DNA from: a virus
Virus record (IMG/VR): IMGVR_UViG_3300042558_003617
Location: 8,457 to 72,456 of that record
DNA: 64,000 nt
Direction: 5' to 3' (one strand)
Made by a program: the position numbers and the translations under genes. The notes beneath the pieces were generated by a model that was not told where the DNA came from, made no database searches, and saw nothing but the letters and a program-made list of their open reading frames with translations. The number at the start of each line of letters is the position of its first letter. Within the stretch, counting starts at the first letter, position 1. Below are positions 10,481 to 20,354 of the stretch, piece by piece.

Positions 10481-11739
10481 TGACATACAATTACAACTCA
10501 ACAGATCTAGTACATGCCACAGAGCTGACCGAGCGTGAGGAATTTTTATTAAAAGATTCAAAAACGTTTTGTATCTATCCTTGGATACACTTACACGCAT
10601 ACCCCACAGGCGAAGCATATCCTTGCTGTCATGCTGAAATGAAGCCGGGTGTGGTAGGCAACTGTAGAACCAACACACTTGAGGAAATCTGGCGCGGCAA
10701 ACCCATGCAAAAGCTACGTGCAGATATGTTAAGCGAAACGCCCAATGCTGCCTGCACACGTTGCTACGAGCAAGAAGAATCGGGGTTCTTTAGTGGCCGT
10801 AAGAGCGCCAATAAACATCACGGGCATCAGATCAAGAAGTTGGAAGACAACCCGTTTGAAATGACTTACTGGGACATTCGTTTCAGCAACTTGTGTAACC
10901 TAAGTTGCCGTAGCTGTGGCCATATCTTTAGTTCAAGCTGGTATCAAGATCAAGCCAAGTTAGCTGGCGGAGATTGGAAAGCACAAAACAAAGTATTAAA
11001 CTACGCAGGCCGCACAGAAACAGACATGTGGACTCAATTGATTCCCCATTTAGACTATGTGGAACAAATATACTTTGCCGGGGGTGAACCATTATTAATG
11101 GAAGAACACTACAATATCCTGGAAGAACTGGTTCGACGTGGGCGCACAGATGTCAGACTGATATACAACACAAACTTCACACATACAGACCTTAAAGGTC
11201 GCAGTGTATTTGAATACTGGAAGCAATTTAAATCAGTTGCAGTGGGTGCCAGCCTGGACGACATGGGCTCACGCGGTGAATACATACGTAAAGGCACAGA
11301 CTGGGGTGTGGTGCGCCAGAACCGTATAGATATGTTGGCCACATGTCCCGACGTGGATTTTTACATCTCGCCTACACTAAGCATCATGAATGCAATGCAT
11401 CTGTCAGAGTTTCATCGTGCTTGGGTAGACCAAGGATTGATTCGCGCACAAGATCTCAATGTAAACATACTACAAGATCCACAGCACTACAGGATTGATA
11501 TTGCTCCGTTGAAATACAAAGCACAGTTACACGCAAAGTGGACACAGCATCTAGAATGGCTTCGTCCCCAGGATCGCCTGGGTCGTGCCACCCAAGGATT
11601 TGAGTCAGCTATTACGTTTATGAACGCAACAGATAATACTCATTTAATTGATACATTCTGGCGCAAAACACATGAGCTAGATACCATTAGAAAAGAAAAC
11701 ATTCTAGATGTGATCCCAGAATTAAAGGCCCTAAAATGA
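10480..11739 (+). CDS. Radical SAM protein (N-terminal twitch/SPASM-like)
   Basis: CNLSCRSC, AGGEPL, FCIYPW..PCC..CTRC. Confidence 0.88.
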   Translation: MTYNYNSTDLVHATELTEREEFLLKDSKTFCIYPWIHLHAYPTGEAYPCCHAEMKPGVVGNCRTNTLEEIWRGKPMQKLRADMLSETPNAACTRCYEQEESGFFSGRKSANKHHGHQIKKLEDNPFEMTYWDIRFSNLCNLSCRSCGHIFSSSWYQDQAKLAGGDWKAQNKVLNYAGRTETDMWTQLIPHLDYVEQIYFAGGEPLLMEEHYNILEELVRRGRTDVRLIYNTNFTHTDLKGRSVFEYWKQFKSVAVGASLDDMGSRGEYIRKGTDWGVVRQNRIDMLATCPDVDFYISPTLSIMNAMHLSEFHRAWVDQGLIRAQDLNVNILQDPQHYRIDIAPLKYKAQLHAKWTQHLEWLRPQDRLGRATQGFESAITFMNATDNTHLIDTFWRKTHELDTIRKENILDVIPELKALK

Positions 11740-12944
11740 ACCTGCCTCATGAGAAGTTTTGTGTATTGCCCTGGGTCAGTCTGGAAGCCAGTCCCATAGG
11801 AACTGTGCGTCCTTGCTGTCTAGCTGATGATGAGCTGGTGGATGATGCTGGTCAAAAGTTCTCATTGTTAACTGCTGACTTTGCCTCTGTGCAAAATTCC
11901 AAATCAATGCAATCTCTGCGTGAACAATTCCTTCAGGGGCAACAGCCCAAAACATGCCGCAAGTGCTGGAACGAGGAAGATGCTGGCCGCACCAGCAAAC
12001 GCATGCACACCCTGGACAGACTCAAACACATGGGCATTGATACAGACTGGACAGCACATGCCAAGCCCCTGATGTTCTTGGATTTAAAACTAGGCAACAT
12101 TTGCAATTTAAAATGCCGTATATGTGGATCGTGGAGTAGCAGTCAATTTGCCACAGAAGAACTGAGCTTTTTGCCACGTGAGGAACAAAAGCAGTCATTT
12201 CATTATCAGATGCTACGTGCCGGGGCTTGGCCTAGGGACAACAAGAATTTTTGGCAGGAAATTGATTCAATATTGAGTCAGATCAAATATATTGAATTCA
12301 CCGGTGGCGAGCCATTTATGATTCAGGAACATTTTGACATGTTGCAAGGCATGGTGGATCGTGGCATTGCTGGCAACGTGGAAATACATTACAACACAAA
12401 TGGAACACAATTCCCAGATCAAGCACCGTCAATTTGGAAACATTTTAAAACTGTGGAAATTGCCATCAGCATCGACGATGTAGGGTCAAGATTTGAATAT
12501 CAACGCACCAACGCCAGTTGGCCCAAGGTAGTAGATAATCTTGATCGTTTTCGGGCGTTAAGGACTCAAATGCCCAACCTACAGTTGCAATGCTGTAGTA
12601 CTGTGAATATCTTTAATGTGTGCTATCTTGAAGACACTGCATTGTGGATCAGCCTACAGGACTTTGACTTTGTGTACTGGAATATCATGCATGATGCTTG
12701 GTATTTTAGTGTGGCTGCTTTGCCTGCACATGCCAAGCTAGAAATCACACAGTACCTACAACAAGCCAGTACAGAATATCGTGCTGACTTTGATGGAATC
12801 ATTGATTTTATGAATCAAGGAACCAGCACTTCGGGTGAGAGAATCTGCGCAGAAATACGCCAATTGGATCAACGTCGTGACACTGATTTAAAATGGGCCA
12901 TACCCAAATTGTCGCAATTGCTGAATTATGTCAAAAACATCTAG
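11736..12944 (+). CDS. Radical SAM protein (N-terminal twitch/SPASM-like)
   Basis: CNLKCRIC, TGGEPF, FCVLPW..PCC..CRKC. Confidence 0.88.
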   Translation: MNLPHEKFCVLPWVSLEASPIGTVRPCCLADDELVDDAGQKFSLLTADFASVQNSKSMQSLREQFLQGQQPKTCRKCWNEEDAGRTSKRMHTLDRLKHMGIDTDWTAHAKPLMFLDLKLGNICNLKCRICGSWSSSQFATEELSFLPREEQKQSFHYQMLRAGAWPRDNKNFWQEIDSILSQIKYIEFTGGEPFMIQEHFDMLQGMVDRGIAGNVEIHYNTNGTQFPDQAPSIWKHFKTVEIAISIDDVGSRFEYQRTNASWPKVVDNLDRFRALRTQMPNLQLQCCSTVNIFNVCYLEDTALWISLQDFDFVYWNIMHDAWYFSVAALPAHAKLEITQYLQQASTEYRADFDGIIDFMNQGTSTSGERICAEIRQLDQRRDTDLKWAIPKLSQLLNYVKNI

Positions 12945-14220
12945 TCTTTGCCTGGCCCCGTGGACTCACACATACCTGAGTCCGCAAACCGAACGGCGGC
13001 TGTGCTGTGCGTCTAGAGAACCTGCGCAAAACTTTCGTCAGTATATTGACACTGCGGCAGGTTCTGGGCAATACATACCAATAACACTGGAACAACACTG
13101 GAACGGTGACCACATGCGCAGTGTGCGCCAACGCATGCTGGCCGGGGAATCCTTGCCCGAGTGTGAAGTATGCAATGACAAACTGCTGAATACCAGTGTG
13201 TACCGAGATTACTTTTGGCATTTGTTCCAACACAAACTAGATCAAGTATATGAATCAACAGACCAATCAGGATCTACAACCATGCGGCCAGTGTCGTGGG
13301 ACTATAGATTTTCGAACTTGTGCAATTTCAAGTGTAGAATGTGTGGTGACATGTTATCCAGCAGTTGGGAAGCCGAGCAAAAAACACACAACATGGTTGA
13401 CTGGACCAACTCTAAAAACAATTGGCAATTGCCGGAAATACGTGAACAAATATCTCAATTTCAAGACCAGCAAATCGAAGCAGAATTCTCCACAGCAGTA
13501 GAACAGCACAGTGTGGAGGAAATATACTGGGTGGGCGGCGAACCACTCATGTACGAACAGCACTGGCGTTATATGCAACGCATAATTGAATTAGGGGATG
13601 GAGGGCAAGTATATGCTAGATACAATACCAATCTTAGCCGTGTTAATTATAGGGGGTGTAATCTTTACAGTGATATTTTGGATCATGTACGAGATTGGCA
13701 AATTTGCGCGAGCCTTGACGGCACTGGAGCAATCGGTGAATACATTAGAACAGGGCTTGACTACCAGCAGTTTAGACACAACTTTGAAGCAGGATTATCA
13801 CACCAACGTCACCGCAGACAAATGCGATTAGATTTCACACTCACGCTGCCGGGCATGTTTGAAGTTGAGAACATACAGCAGTTGGCACAGGAATACAATG
13901 TGGACTTGTTGGCCAAGGTCATATTCAGCTTTGGACCAGATATTATCATGAGTCCACTGGCATTGCCAAGATCGCTATTGGAAGACTGGATTGATGAATT
14001 GATTCCAAACTGTACAGAGCCCGCCATGCGCGATGTGCTGGCACAGTTAAAAACACGCCCAACGTTTGAAGAACAATGGCCGGATACCTATCAGAAAGAG
14101 CTTGCAAAAGGCAAAGCTCGTGTGTTACAATTAGAAAACATTCGCACAGCAAAGACATCAATGTCAGACATACTGAGTGCAAGACCCAAGATAAAGAAAT
14201 GGTGGGATGAAATTGCTTGA
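12928..14220 (+). CDS. Radical SAM protein (N-terminal twitch/SPASM-like)
   Basis: CNFKCRMC, VGGEPL, LCLAPW..LCC..CEVC. Confidence 0.88.
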   Translation: MSKTSSLCLAPWTHTYLSPQTERRLCCASREPAQNFRQYIDTAAGSGQYIPITLEQHWNGDHMRSVRQRMLAGESLPECEVCNDKLLNTSVYRDYFWHLFQHKLDQVYESTDQSGSTTMRPVSWDYRFSNLCNFKCRMCGDMLSSSWEAEQKTHNMVDWTNSKNNWQLPEIREQISQFQDQQIEAEFSTAVEQHSVEEIYWVGGEPLMYEQHWRYMQRIIELGDGGQVYARYNTNLSRVNYRGCNLYSDILDHVRDWQICASLDGTGAIGEYIRTGLDYQQFRHNFEAGLSHQRHRRQMRLDFTLTLPGMFEVENIQQLAQEYNVDLLAKVIFSFGPDIIMSPLALPRSLLEDWIDELIPNCTEPAMRDVLAQLKTRPTFEEQWPDTYQKELAKGKARVLQLENIRTAKTSMSDILSARPKIKKWWDEIA

Positions 14221-15295
14221 TAAAATTCAAATGACCCTGCGTGATATACGCACAGGCAATTTATTACCATTACACATTGACGTAATGGATTCATCATTGT
14301 CACGCAAATGGCTTGGCGCACTGAATCAATTGCTAAAGAACAACTATCATCTAGAAAAGAATTACTGTTTTCTGGGATTTGCACAAAGCCAGCGCAACGG
14401 TGCGTACATACTAGACCAAATAAACACCAGCATCCAGGCAATAAATTCAGCTGATCTGGGATACACAATACATGATCACTTTTCACTTAGTGACTGTTTG
14501 ATTCCCGGACCATTTGACGAACACACCCCTGGGGGTATGGTCAACCAGCAACGCATGAACATGTTGCACAGATACTTTGAAGACCTTCAAGGGGTCAGTG
14601 GCCAAATGAGCCAGTTGTACACTGCGGCCAACGGCACCACTCGCTGGCACATACGACAGCTGAATTTGCTGTGTCATGAATTTGAATCCTGGGTACTCAG
14701 CAATAGAAAACTACACACAGCGCCAGAATGGCAACGTCCCAGTCAACTCATGTGCTGGCTGCATGCACCGAGGTTTGTGCTAGATCAACACGACTATGAG
14801 TTGTTTGGGGTTGATACCATTAATCGTGCTCAGGGCGGGGTGTTTGTTGGGGTCAACAAAGCAGTGGGCAAACATCATTGGGAAGTGTTTAATGATGAAG
14901 GTCGCAGTGTGGACGAATTAACAACCAGCACCCTGCGCAGTCAGACTGAAGCTGCTGGAGATTTTGATATTGAATGGGGTGTGAACCCTGCTGGACGTGA
15001 TTGGCAAGTGCGCAAGTTGGCAGAATTTAGATCATGGCTACGAGATAATGGATTTGATCCGGAAGATCCAGCTCTGACCATTGGACATCCACAAGTGGCG
15101 CAGATTGATTTGCACAGTAGTTTTGGAACCCAGGACTATTTGTCTGTGTGGCAACAACTCTATAAATATTTGGATGTATACAGTATTCGTACCAGCGATG
15201 CTGTGGCAACATACGATTATCACTGGAGTGACAGCAATTTTACGGCATCACAAGTGGCCATTATTGAACAAGGACGCACACATGAACTGGATTAA
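14207..15295 (+). CDS. Hypothetical protein (paralogue of 43923..44810)
   Basis: Shares N.LHRY and LN..(C/I)H..E motifs with 43923..44810. Confidence 0.7.
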   Translation: MKLLDKIQMTLRDIRTGNLLPLHIDVMDSSLSRKWLGALNQLLKNNYHLEKNYCFLGFAQSQRNGAYILDQINTSIQAINSADLGYTIHDHFSLSDCLIPGPFDEHTPGGMVNQQRMNMLHRYFEDLQGVSGQMSQLYTAANGTTRWHIRQLNLLCHEFESWVLSNRKLHTAPEWQRPSQLMCWLHAPRFVLDQHDYELFGVDTINRAQGGVFVGVNKAVGKHHWEVFNDEGRSVDELTTSTLRSQTEAAGDFDIEWGVNPAGRDWQVRKLAEFRSWLRDNGFDPEDPALTIGHPQVAQIDLHSSFGTQDYLSVWQQLYKYLDVYSIRTSDAVATYDYHWSDSNFTASQVAIIEQGRTHELD

Positions 15296-15383
15296 GAACA
15301 TAATCAATCGAATCAAATTGGAAATTCACTACCGCCGAAAGCTCAAAGAGTTACGCAAACGAGACCCATTTATCTACAAATGA
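15282..15383 (+). CDS. Small basic protein (33 aa) coupled to carbamoyltransferase
   Basis: MNWIKNIINRIKLEIHYRRKLKELRKRDPFIYK, SD AAGGA, ATGA overlap with next gene. Confidence 0.6.
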   Translation: MNWIKNIINRIKLEIHYRRKLKELRKRDPFIYK

Positions 15384-16867
15384 ATATACTGGGAATCGCA
15401 GCTGGATTTCATGATGCGGCAGCCACAGTGATATCTCCCCAGGGTGATATCTTGTTTGCTGGACATAGTGAACGCTACAGCAAGAAAAAAAATGACGAAA
15501 ACCTATGTCTTGAATTGATTCAAGATGCCGTGGATTATGGCAACACAATCAATCAGATTGCCTACTATGAACGACCATGGTTGAAACAGTTGCGACAATT
15601 GTACTCGGGACAGGGCATAGAATGGAACAAGTTAACAGCTAGACGCATCATCAATGATCAATTAGGCGGCCTGGTCACGTTGCCAGCACGCATCAGCACG
15701 CACAGCCATCATCTCAGTCATGCAGCCGGTGGATTCCAAACCAGCCCGTTTGATCGTGCTACTGTGGTGGTAATTGATGCCATTGGGGAATTTGACACAA
15801 TAACAATATGGGCGGCAGAATATGATAAATTTGGTAAAGCGCATTATCGCAAGATGTGGAGCCAGTGTTATCCGCATAGCATCGGACTCTTTTATTCAGC
15901 AGCGACTGGCCGCGTTGGCCTACGTGTACTAGACGAAGAGTATATACTAATGGGCATGGCTGCATATGGCGACCGCAAAATGTCCAACAAGTTTAAATAT
16001 GATTTTGTTGCCGACGAATGGAATATCAAGTTTACACAAAATCTGCACACAGGAATAGACAAATCTTATCTTGAAAAATCAAATGACATGGACTTGGCTG
16101 CTGGTGCTCAGGAACTGGCAGAGCAGTTGATTCTAAATGTGATGTTACGTGCAAGACAATTCAACTGGAGCAACAATCTGGTTTACATGGGCGGGGTTGC
16201 ACTTAATTGTGCAGCCAATGCACGAATAGGGCGTTACTTTGATAATATATGGATTATGCCTTGCCCGGGTGATGCTGGCAGCAGTCTTGGCGCTGCCGCA
16301 CTGACTCTTGGGCGCAAAATCAACTGGCAAAATGCTTTTTTGGGTCATGATATTCCTGGTCCCTATCCCGTTAACAGTATCCTGGATCGGCTACTGGCTG
16401 ACAAAATTGTAGGAGTTGCCTCGGGCCGGGCTGAGTTTGGTCCCAGAGCCCTAGGAAATCGCAGTTTACTGGCTGACCCCAGAGGTCAAGAAATCAAGGA
16501 GAAAGTAAATGACATCAAACGACGACAACAATTCAGACCTTTTGCGCCCGTTATTTTGGAAGAATTGGCTGATACTTACTTTGATATGCCTGGGGGTTTC
16601 GGCAACAGTAGGTATATGCAGTCAGTCGCTCGTTGCAGGGTTCCTGACTTATTTCCTGCTATCGTTCACGCTGACGGTACTAGTCGTGTACAGACAGTGC
16701 CGCGAGATGGAAGTGGAATTAGAGAACTGCTCGAAAAGTGGTACGTCATGACCGACTGCCCCATGTTGCTCAACACCAGCCTTAACATACGTGGTGAGCC
16801 CATGGTCAACAATCGAGCAGATGCAGATAGATTTGAACAACAATACGGAGTGAAAGTATGCAGTTAG
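15380..16867 (+). CDS. Carbamoyltransferase (NodU/CmcH family)
   Basis: HDAAA, ERYSKKK, HHLSHAA, DAIGE, GGVALNC, EFGPRALGNRS, RPFAP, LLNTSLN. Confidence 0.95.
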   Translation: MNILGIAAGFHDAAATVISPQGDILFAGHSERYSKKKNDENLCLELIQDAVDYGNTINQIAYYERPWLKQLRQLYSGQGIEWNKLTARRIINDQLGGLVTLPARISTHSHHLSHAAGGFQTSPFDRATVVVIDAIGEFDTITIWAAEYDKFGKAHYRKMWSQCYPHSIGLFYSAATGRVGLRVLDEEYILMGMAAYGDRKMSNKFKYDFVADEWNIKFTQNLHTGIDKSYLEKSNDMDLAAGAQELAEQLILNVMLRARQFNWSNNLVYMGGVALNCAANARIGRYFDNIWIMPCPGDAGSSLGAAALTLGRKINWQNAFLGHDIPGPYPVNSILDRLLADKIVGVASGRAEFGPRALGNRSLLADPRGQEIKEKVNDIKRRQQFRPFAPVILEELADTYFDMPGGFGNSRYMQSVARCRVPDLFPAIVHADGTSRVQTVPRDGSGIRELLEKWYVMTDCPMLLNTSLNIRGEPMVNNRADADRFEQQYGVKVCS

Positions 16868-17094
16868 TAGAAACACACAAACGAACAATAACAAGAATGC
16901 TCACATATAGATTGACCGCTTGGTCATTTACAATATTGTGGACCTATATGTTTACTGGAAATATTGCCAGTGCCACAGGATTTGCAACAGCATTGCATAT
17001 ACTGTTAAGCATTGACTATTATATCCATGAACGCATTTGGCTAAAAATCAAATGGGGTCTTAAAGATACCGTTCAAGCCCGCCCCGACGCCTGA
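16858..17094 (+). CDS. DUF2061-like small membrane protein
   Basis: ETHKRTI.R.LTYR...YYIHERIW..IKWG. Confidence 0.75.
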   Translation: MQLVETHKRTITRMLTYRLTAWSFTILWTYMFTGNIASATGFATALHILLSIDYYIHERIWLKIKWGLKDTVQARPDA

Positions 17095-18109
17095 TGTCCT
17101 GGGTACAGCAACTGATTCCCCCATCCCAGAAATAACTGTGTCGTAGCTCAGATATAATGGGATTGATTTTGTGTTGTTGGCAAAAATCAAATACTGATTT
17201 GTTGTAGGCTGAGAAGATGACATTTTGTTCGTCTAGTACCAAGCAGTTGACGTCAAACACTGTTTCGGCCACAAAGCCAGTCCATTTAGTCAAGTATGTG
17301 TCTACATACTGTTTGAAGTTGTCGCTAGGTGTTTGTCCCTGTATGTACCAAGCACCTGCATTGCTTTGATTTTTAAACTGTCCCATGGCAATGGCAGCAT
17401 CAATACTGGAATCCAACACACGCAAGACTTCCCAGCCTGGAAAGTCACGATCAAAGTGCAAGTTTTCATCGTGCTTGCTTGACAAGATAACACCAGGCTT
17501 GAGAATGGCAAAAACAGCATCTCCGTGGCCATCTGTAACTGCTTCGTGAACACGGTGTTGCTTGCTCAGGCAGTTGTCAACAATCCATTGTGTTTGATCT
17601 GGACGCAAGTAATCACTATTGTCAAAAAACACATCAAGGCCAACTCGCACAATACAACTGGCACTGGCACCGACTAACACACAGTCAGGATCATGTATGC
17701 CATCCACGTGCCGAATTCCGTGATCATGATGAGGACTGCGCACTTGATCTCCGTACTGATCACAAATATGATCCAGTTCTTTTAATGGCAGTATGCGTAA
17801 CAGTGTTTCGCCAAGAGTGATTTGCCAATCTCTAGGAGTCAATGGGGGTAGCGGAATTGGTCTGCCAAACGTTTGAAACTTTTGAAATCTGTCTTTGTCA
17901 GGCAAGTCTGGGCGTTGCACAATTGCTCCGTACCGCTCAATGGTCTTTTGCAAGTTGTCCAGATCTTCAGCTGTTTCAGCAAGAATTTGCTGTAGTTGAT
18001 TTCGCACTTGTGCATCTTCGATGAAATCAAAGTAGTCTGGACTGTAGGCTCGCCCCACAACAACTTCTTCTAATGGTTGCCAACTGGTGTGGCTGCTAAC
18101 TCTAGGCAT
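17060..18109 (-). CDS. Amidinotransferase (glycine/inosamine-phosphate amidinotransferase family)
   Basis: WQPLEEVVVG, PRD, HGDAVF, FDVNCL, FWDGGISCCTQD. Confidence 0.85.
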   Translation of the reverse strand: MPRVSSHTSWQPLEEVVVGRAYSPDYFDFIEDAQVRNQLQQILAETAEDLDNLQKTIERYGAIVQRPDLPDKDRFQKFQTFGRPIPLPPLTPRDWQITLGETLLRILPLKELDHICDQYGDQVRSPHHDHGIRHVDGIHDPDCVLVGASASCIVRVGLDVFFDNSDYLRPDQTQWIVDNCLSKQHRVHEAVTDGHGDAVFAILKPGVILSSKHDENLHFDRDFPGWEVLRVLDSSIDAAIAMGQFKNQSNAGAWYIQGQTPSDNFKQYVDTYLTKWTGFVAETVFDVNCLVLDEQNVIFSAYNKSVFDFCQQHKINPIISELRHSYFWDGGISCCTQDIRRRGGLERYL

Positions 18110-19248
18110 TTTGTCTCCATGTGTTTTATTAAATTATTTAATGGTAGTTGTCCACGACTGGCAAACAACTGTTGGTTATGCAGTATGTCCGGAAGACAAC
18201 GGCGGAACCAGGTCAATCGATCAAATTCGTTATTGATTTTTGCAATGGTATTCTGTATTGCGGCCCACCTGCCACGATTGTCATGAATACTATCATAACT
18301 GTTGTCTATCACATGATCAAATGTGCGATACCCCAGTGCCCGTAGTGCCTCTAGACTTCCTGCACATCCGATTATCACAAATGGCTGTCCATACTTGATG
18401 GGCTTGAATGTTTTTTCTGTCAAGAATGCACCCAAGCTCTGATCAACATCGTACAGTGTTTCCAACACAATATTACAATAAGAATTGGTAAACAGGTCCA
18501 GATTTACATCACTGTGTTGGTTTTGTTTGTCGGCATCGGCAGTGTCACACACATACGGTCCGTGTGCAATGAACTCTAGCACACGACGATACTGTTTGGG
18601 GTGCCAGGCACGTATGGGATTGTTTTCGTTAGAGTCATTGATGTCTACCAGAGTGTTGTAGCTCCAGAGACTTTGATCTAGATAACCGGCATGTTTTAGC
18701 TCGCTCATGACTGTGGCACGCCACCATTTGTGTGTTCGACTCAGTGCTGTAAACGTATAGTCACGTGGTTGATTTGTTGCTGGTTGGCTGACCTGGAATC
18801 GATTTATGTGTCGGAAAAAGTACTCGTGATCTGGAAAGTATATACCTTGTGACACTTGATCGGCTGCTGTGTTAGCACTGATCAATAGTGCATGTGGCAG
18901 TGAATATGTGTCACACAATTGATTCAATCGTTGGATTATCAATTGAGGATTGTCTCCTTCGTGATAGTAAAACAACAATTGAATGTGTTTGTTTTGAACA
19001 CGCTTGATCAGTGCCGGGGTCATCAATGACATGTAATCACAAGAGTGATCAAACCAGCTTATACCAATGGGGTACCAGGCGCCCGGGGGTGCTTGCTCTA
19101 CTGTGGATTCTGCACAGGGTATTCCGTGAGATTTTAAATACAGACTCAGTCTTGGCAACACTGTGAATGGCCACTGGGTATCATAACTACCATCTGTTGC
19201 AAGTGCTAGATTTGGGCGGCCAACTTGATCGTAACACAAGTGAATCAT
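18070..19248 (-). CDS. Glycosyltransferase-like protein (TEKxFKP family)
   Basis: NIVLET, FLTEKTFKPI..GQPF, GYRTF..IDNSYD. Confidence 0.55.
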   Translation of the reverse strand: MIHLCYDQVGRPNLALATDGSYDTQWPFTVLPRLSLYLKSHGIPCAESTVEQAPPGAWYPIGISWFDHSCDYMSLMTPALIKRVQNKHIQLLFYYHEGDNPQLIIQRLNQLCDTYSLPHALLISANTAADQVSQGIYFPDHEYFFRHINRFQVSQPATNQPRDYTFTALSRTHKWWRATVMSELKHAGYLDQSLWSYNTLVDINDSNENNPIRAWHPKQYRRVLEFIAHGPYVCDTADADKQNQHSDVNLDLFTNSYCNIVLETLYDVDQSLGAFLTEKTFKPIKYGQPFVIIGCAGSLEALRALGYRTFDHVIDNSYDSIHDNRGRWAAIQNTIAKINNEFDRLTWFRRCLPDILHNQQLFASRGQLPLNNLIKHMETKCLELAATPVGNH

Positions 19249-20354
19249 GAAAAATCTTTGCGCAAGTTTTGTAACATCGTTGTAAATTCAGACCAAAGCA
19301 CTGTTTCAAATCCACCATTATAAAAATGATTCCAGTTGTGCTCAATTATGCTGTGGGCTGCCTTAAAAATATCTTGCTTGTGCAACGGTGACAGGCAGTC
19401 TAGGCCTTTAAGGGTCTGTGCTATCATCTGAATTCTCACAGCGGTGTCCGGCTCGTTGTCATAACTTTCATCCCAAAGCCCATCAAAAGTTTTAAACCCA
19501 TATTGACGCAGATATTTCAAACTGCCCTGTGTGCCCACTACCATAAATGGCATACCCAGGGCAATGGGTTTGAATATCTTTTCAGTCAAGTGCTGACGCT
19601 GACCTTGAGCCACAGTTTCAGTCACAAGATACAGCAAACTATCAGCACATTCATCAAACAAACTTAACCAACAACTGTGCATGGGGTGATTGACTTCTCC
19701 GGCAAAATTTAACGGCAACGGTGGTTTTGCAAATACTGATGCTATGTCGGGGTACTGTGGCAATAGCGGAGAAATTGCATCGTGTATACTGACATTTTCT
19801 GCTGGACATGTTTTGGGACAACTGATGTGGTTGTCCATCATGTCTAGTTTAAATATCCAATATAACATTTGCAATCTGTGTGCCCTGTGTCCAGCAATGA
19901 TCCTGTTGGGGGCTATGAATGTTTTGGTAGGAACACGGTCAGCCCAGGGCTGAATCAAAAAGGTTTTATTGTACCCTCGATACCAATCCAGTGCTGCCCA
20001 CCCATGAAAGAAGTAATAGTAGTGCTGCCAGTTAAATTGACTACATACTTGTTCAACTGCCTGGCTTTGATATTCACTAGTGATAATAGCTTGATGAGTA
20101 GCGCCTGTGTTTTGATTCAAGTCTCGATTTCGTCTCACTGCATCTTCAAATAACGGAATGTGTGTGTCCAGATGAATAGGCTCTTGGTCATGAAATAATA
20201 TATAATTAGAATCGTGTACACTACTTCCATAATTGATCAAACTCTCAGCATCGCTTCGCCCCGGCGGATCGCACATGAACATTCTAGTTCCGGGCATGAA
20301 CCTGTTTATATAGGGCTTGAATGTGTTGTTATAAATCTCGTCGATTCTAATCAT
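19245..20354 (-). CDS. Glycosyltransferase-like protein (TEKxFKP family)
   Basis: YLVTET, LTEKIFKPI.LGMPF, GFKTF..WDESYD. Confidence 0.55.
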   Translation of the reverse strand: MIRIDEIYNNTFKPYINRFMPGTRMFMCDPPGRSDAESLINYGSSVHDSNYILFHDQEPIHLDTHIPLFEDAVRRNRDLNQNTGATHQAIITSEYQSQAVEQVCSQFNWQHYYYFFHGWAALDWYRGYNKTFLIQPWADRVPTKTFIAPNRIIAGHRAHRLQMLYWIFKLDMMDNHISCPKTCPAENVSIHDAISPLLPQYPDIASVFAKPPLPLNFAGEVNHPMHSCWLSLFDECADSLLYLVTETVAQGQRQHLTEKIFKPIALGMPFMVVGTQGSLKYLRQYGFKTFDGLWDESYDNEPDTAVRIQMIAQTLKGLDCLSPLHKQDIFKAAHSIIEHNWNHFYNGGFETVLWSEFTTMLQNLRKDFS

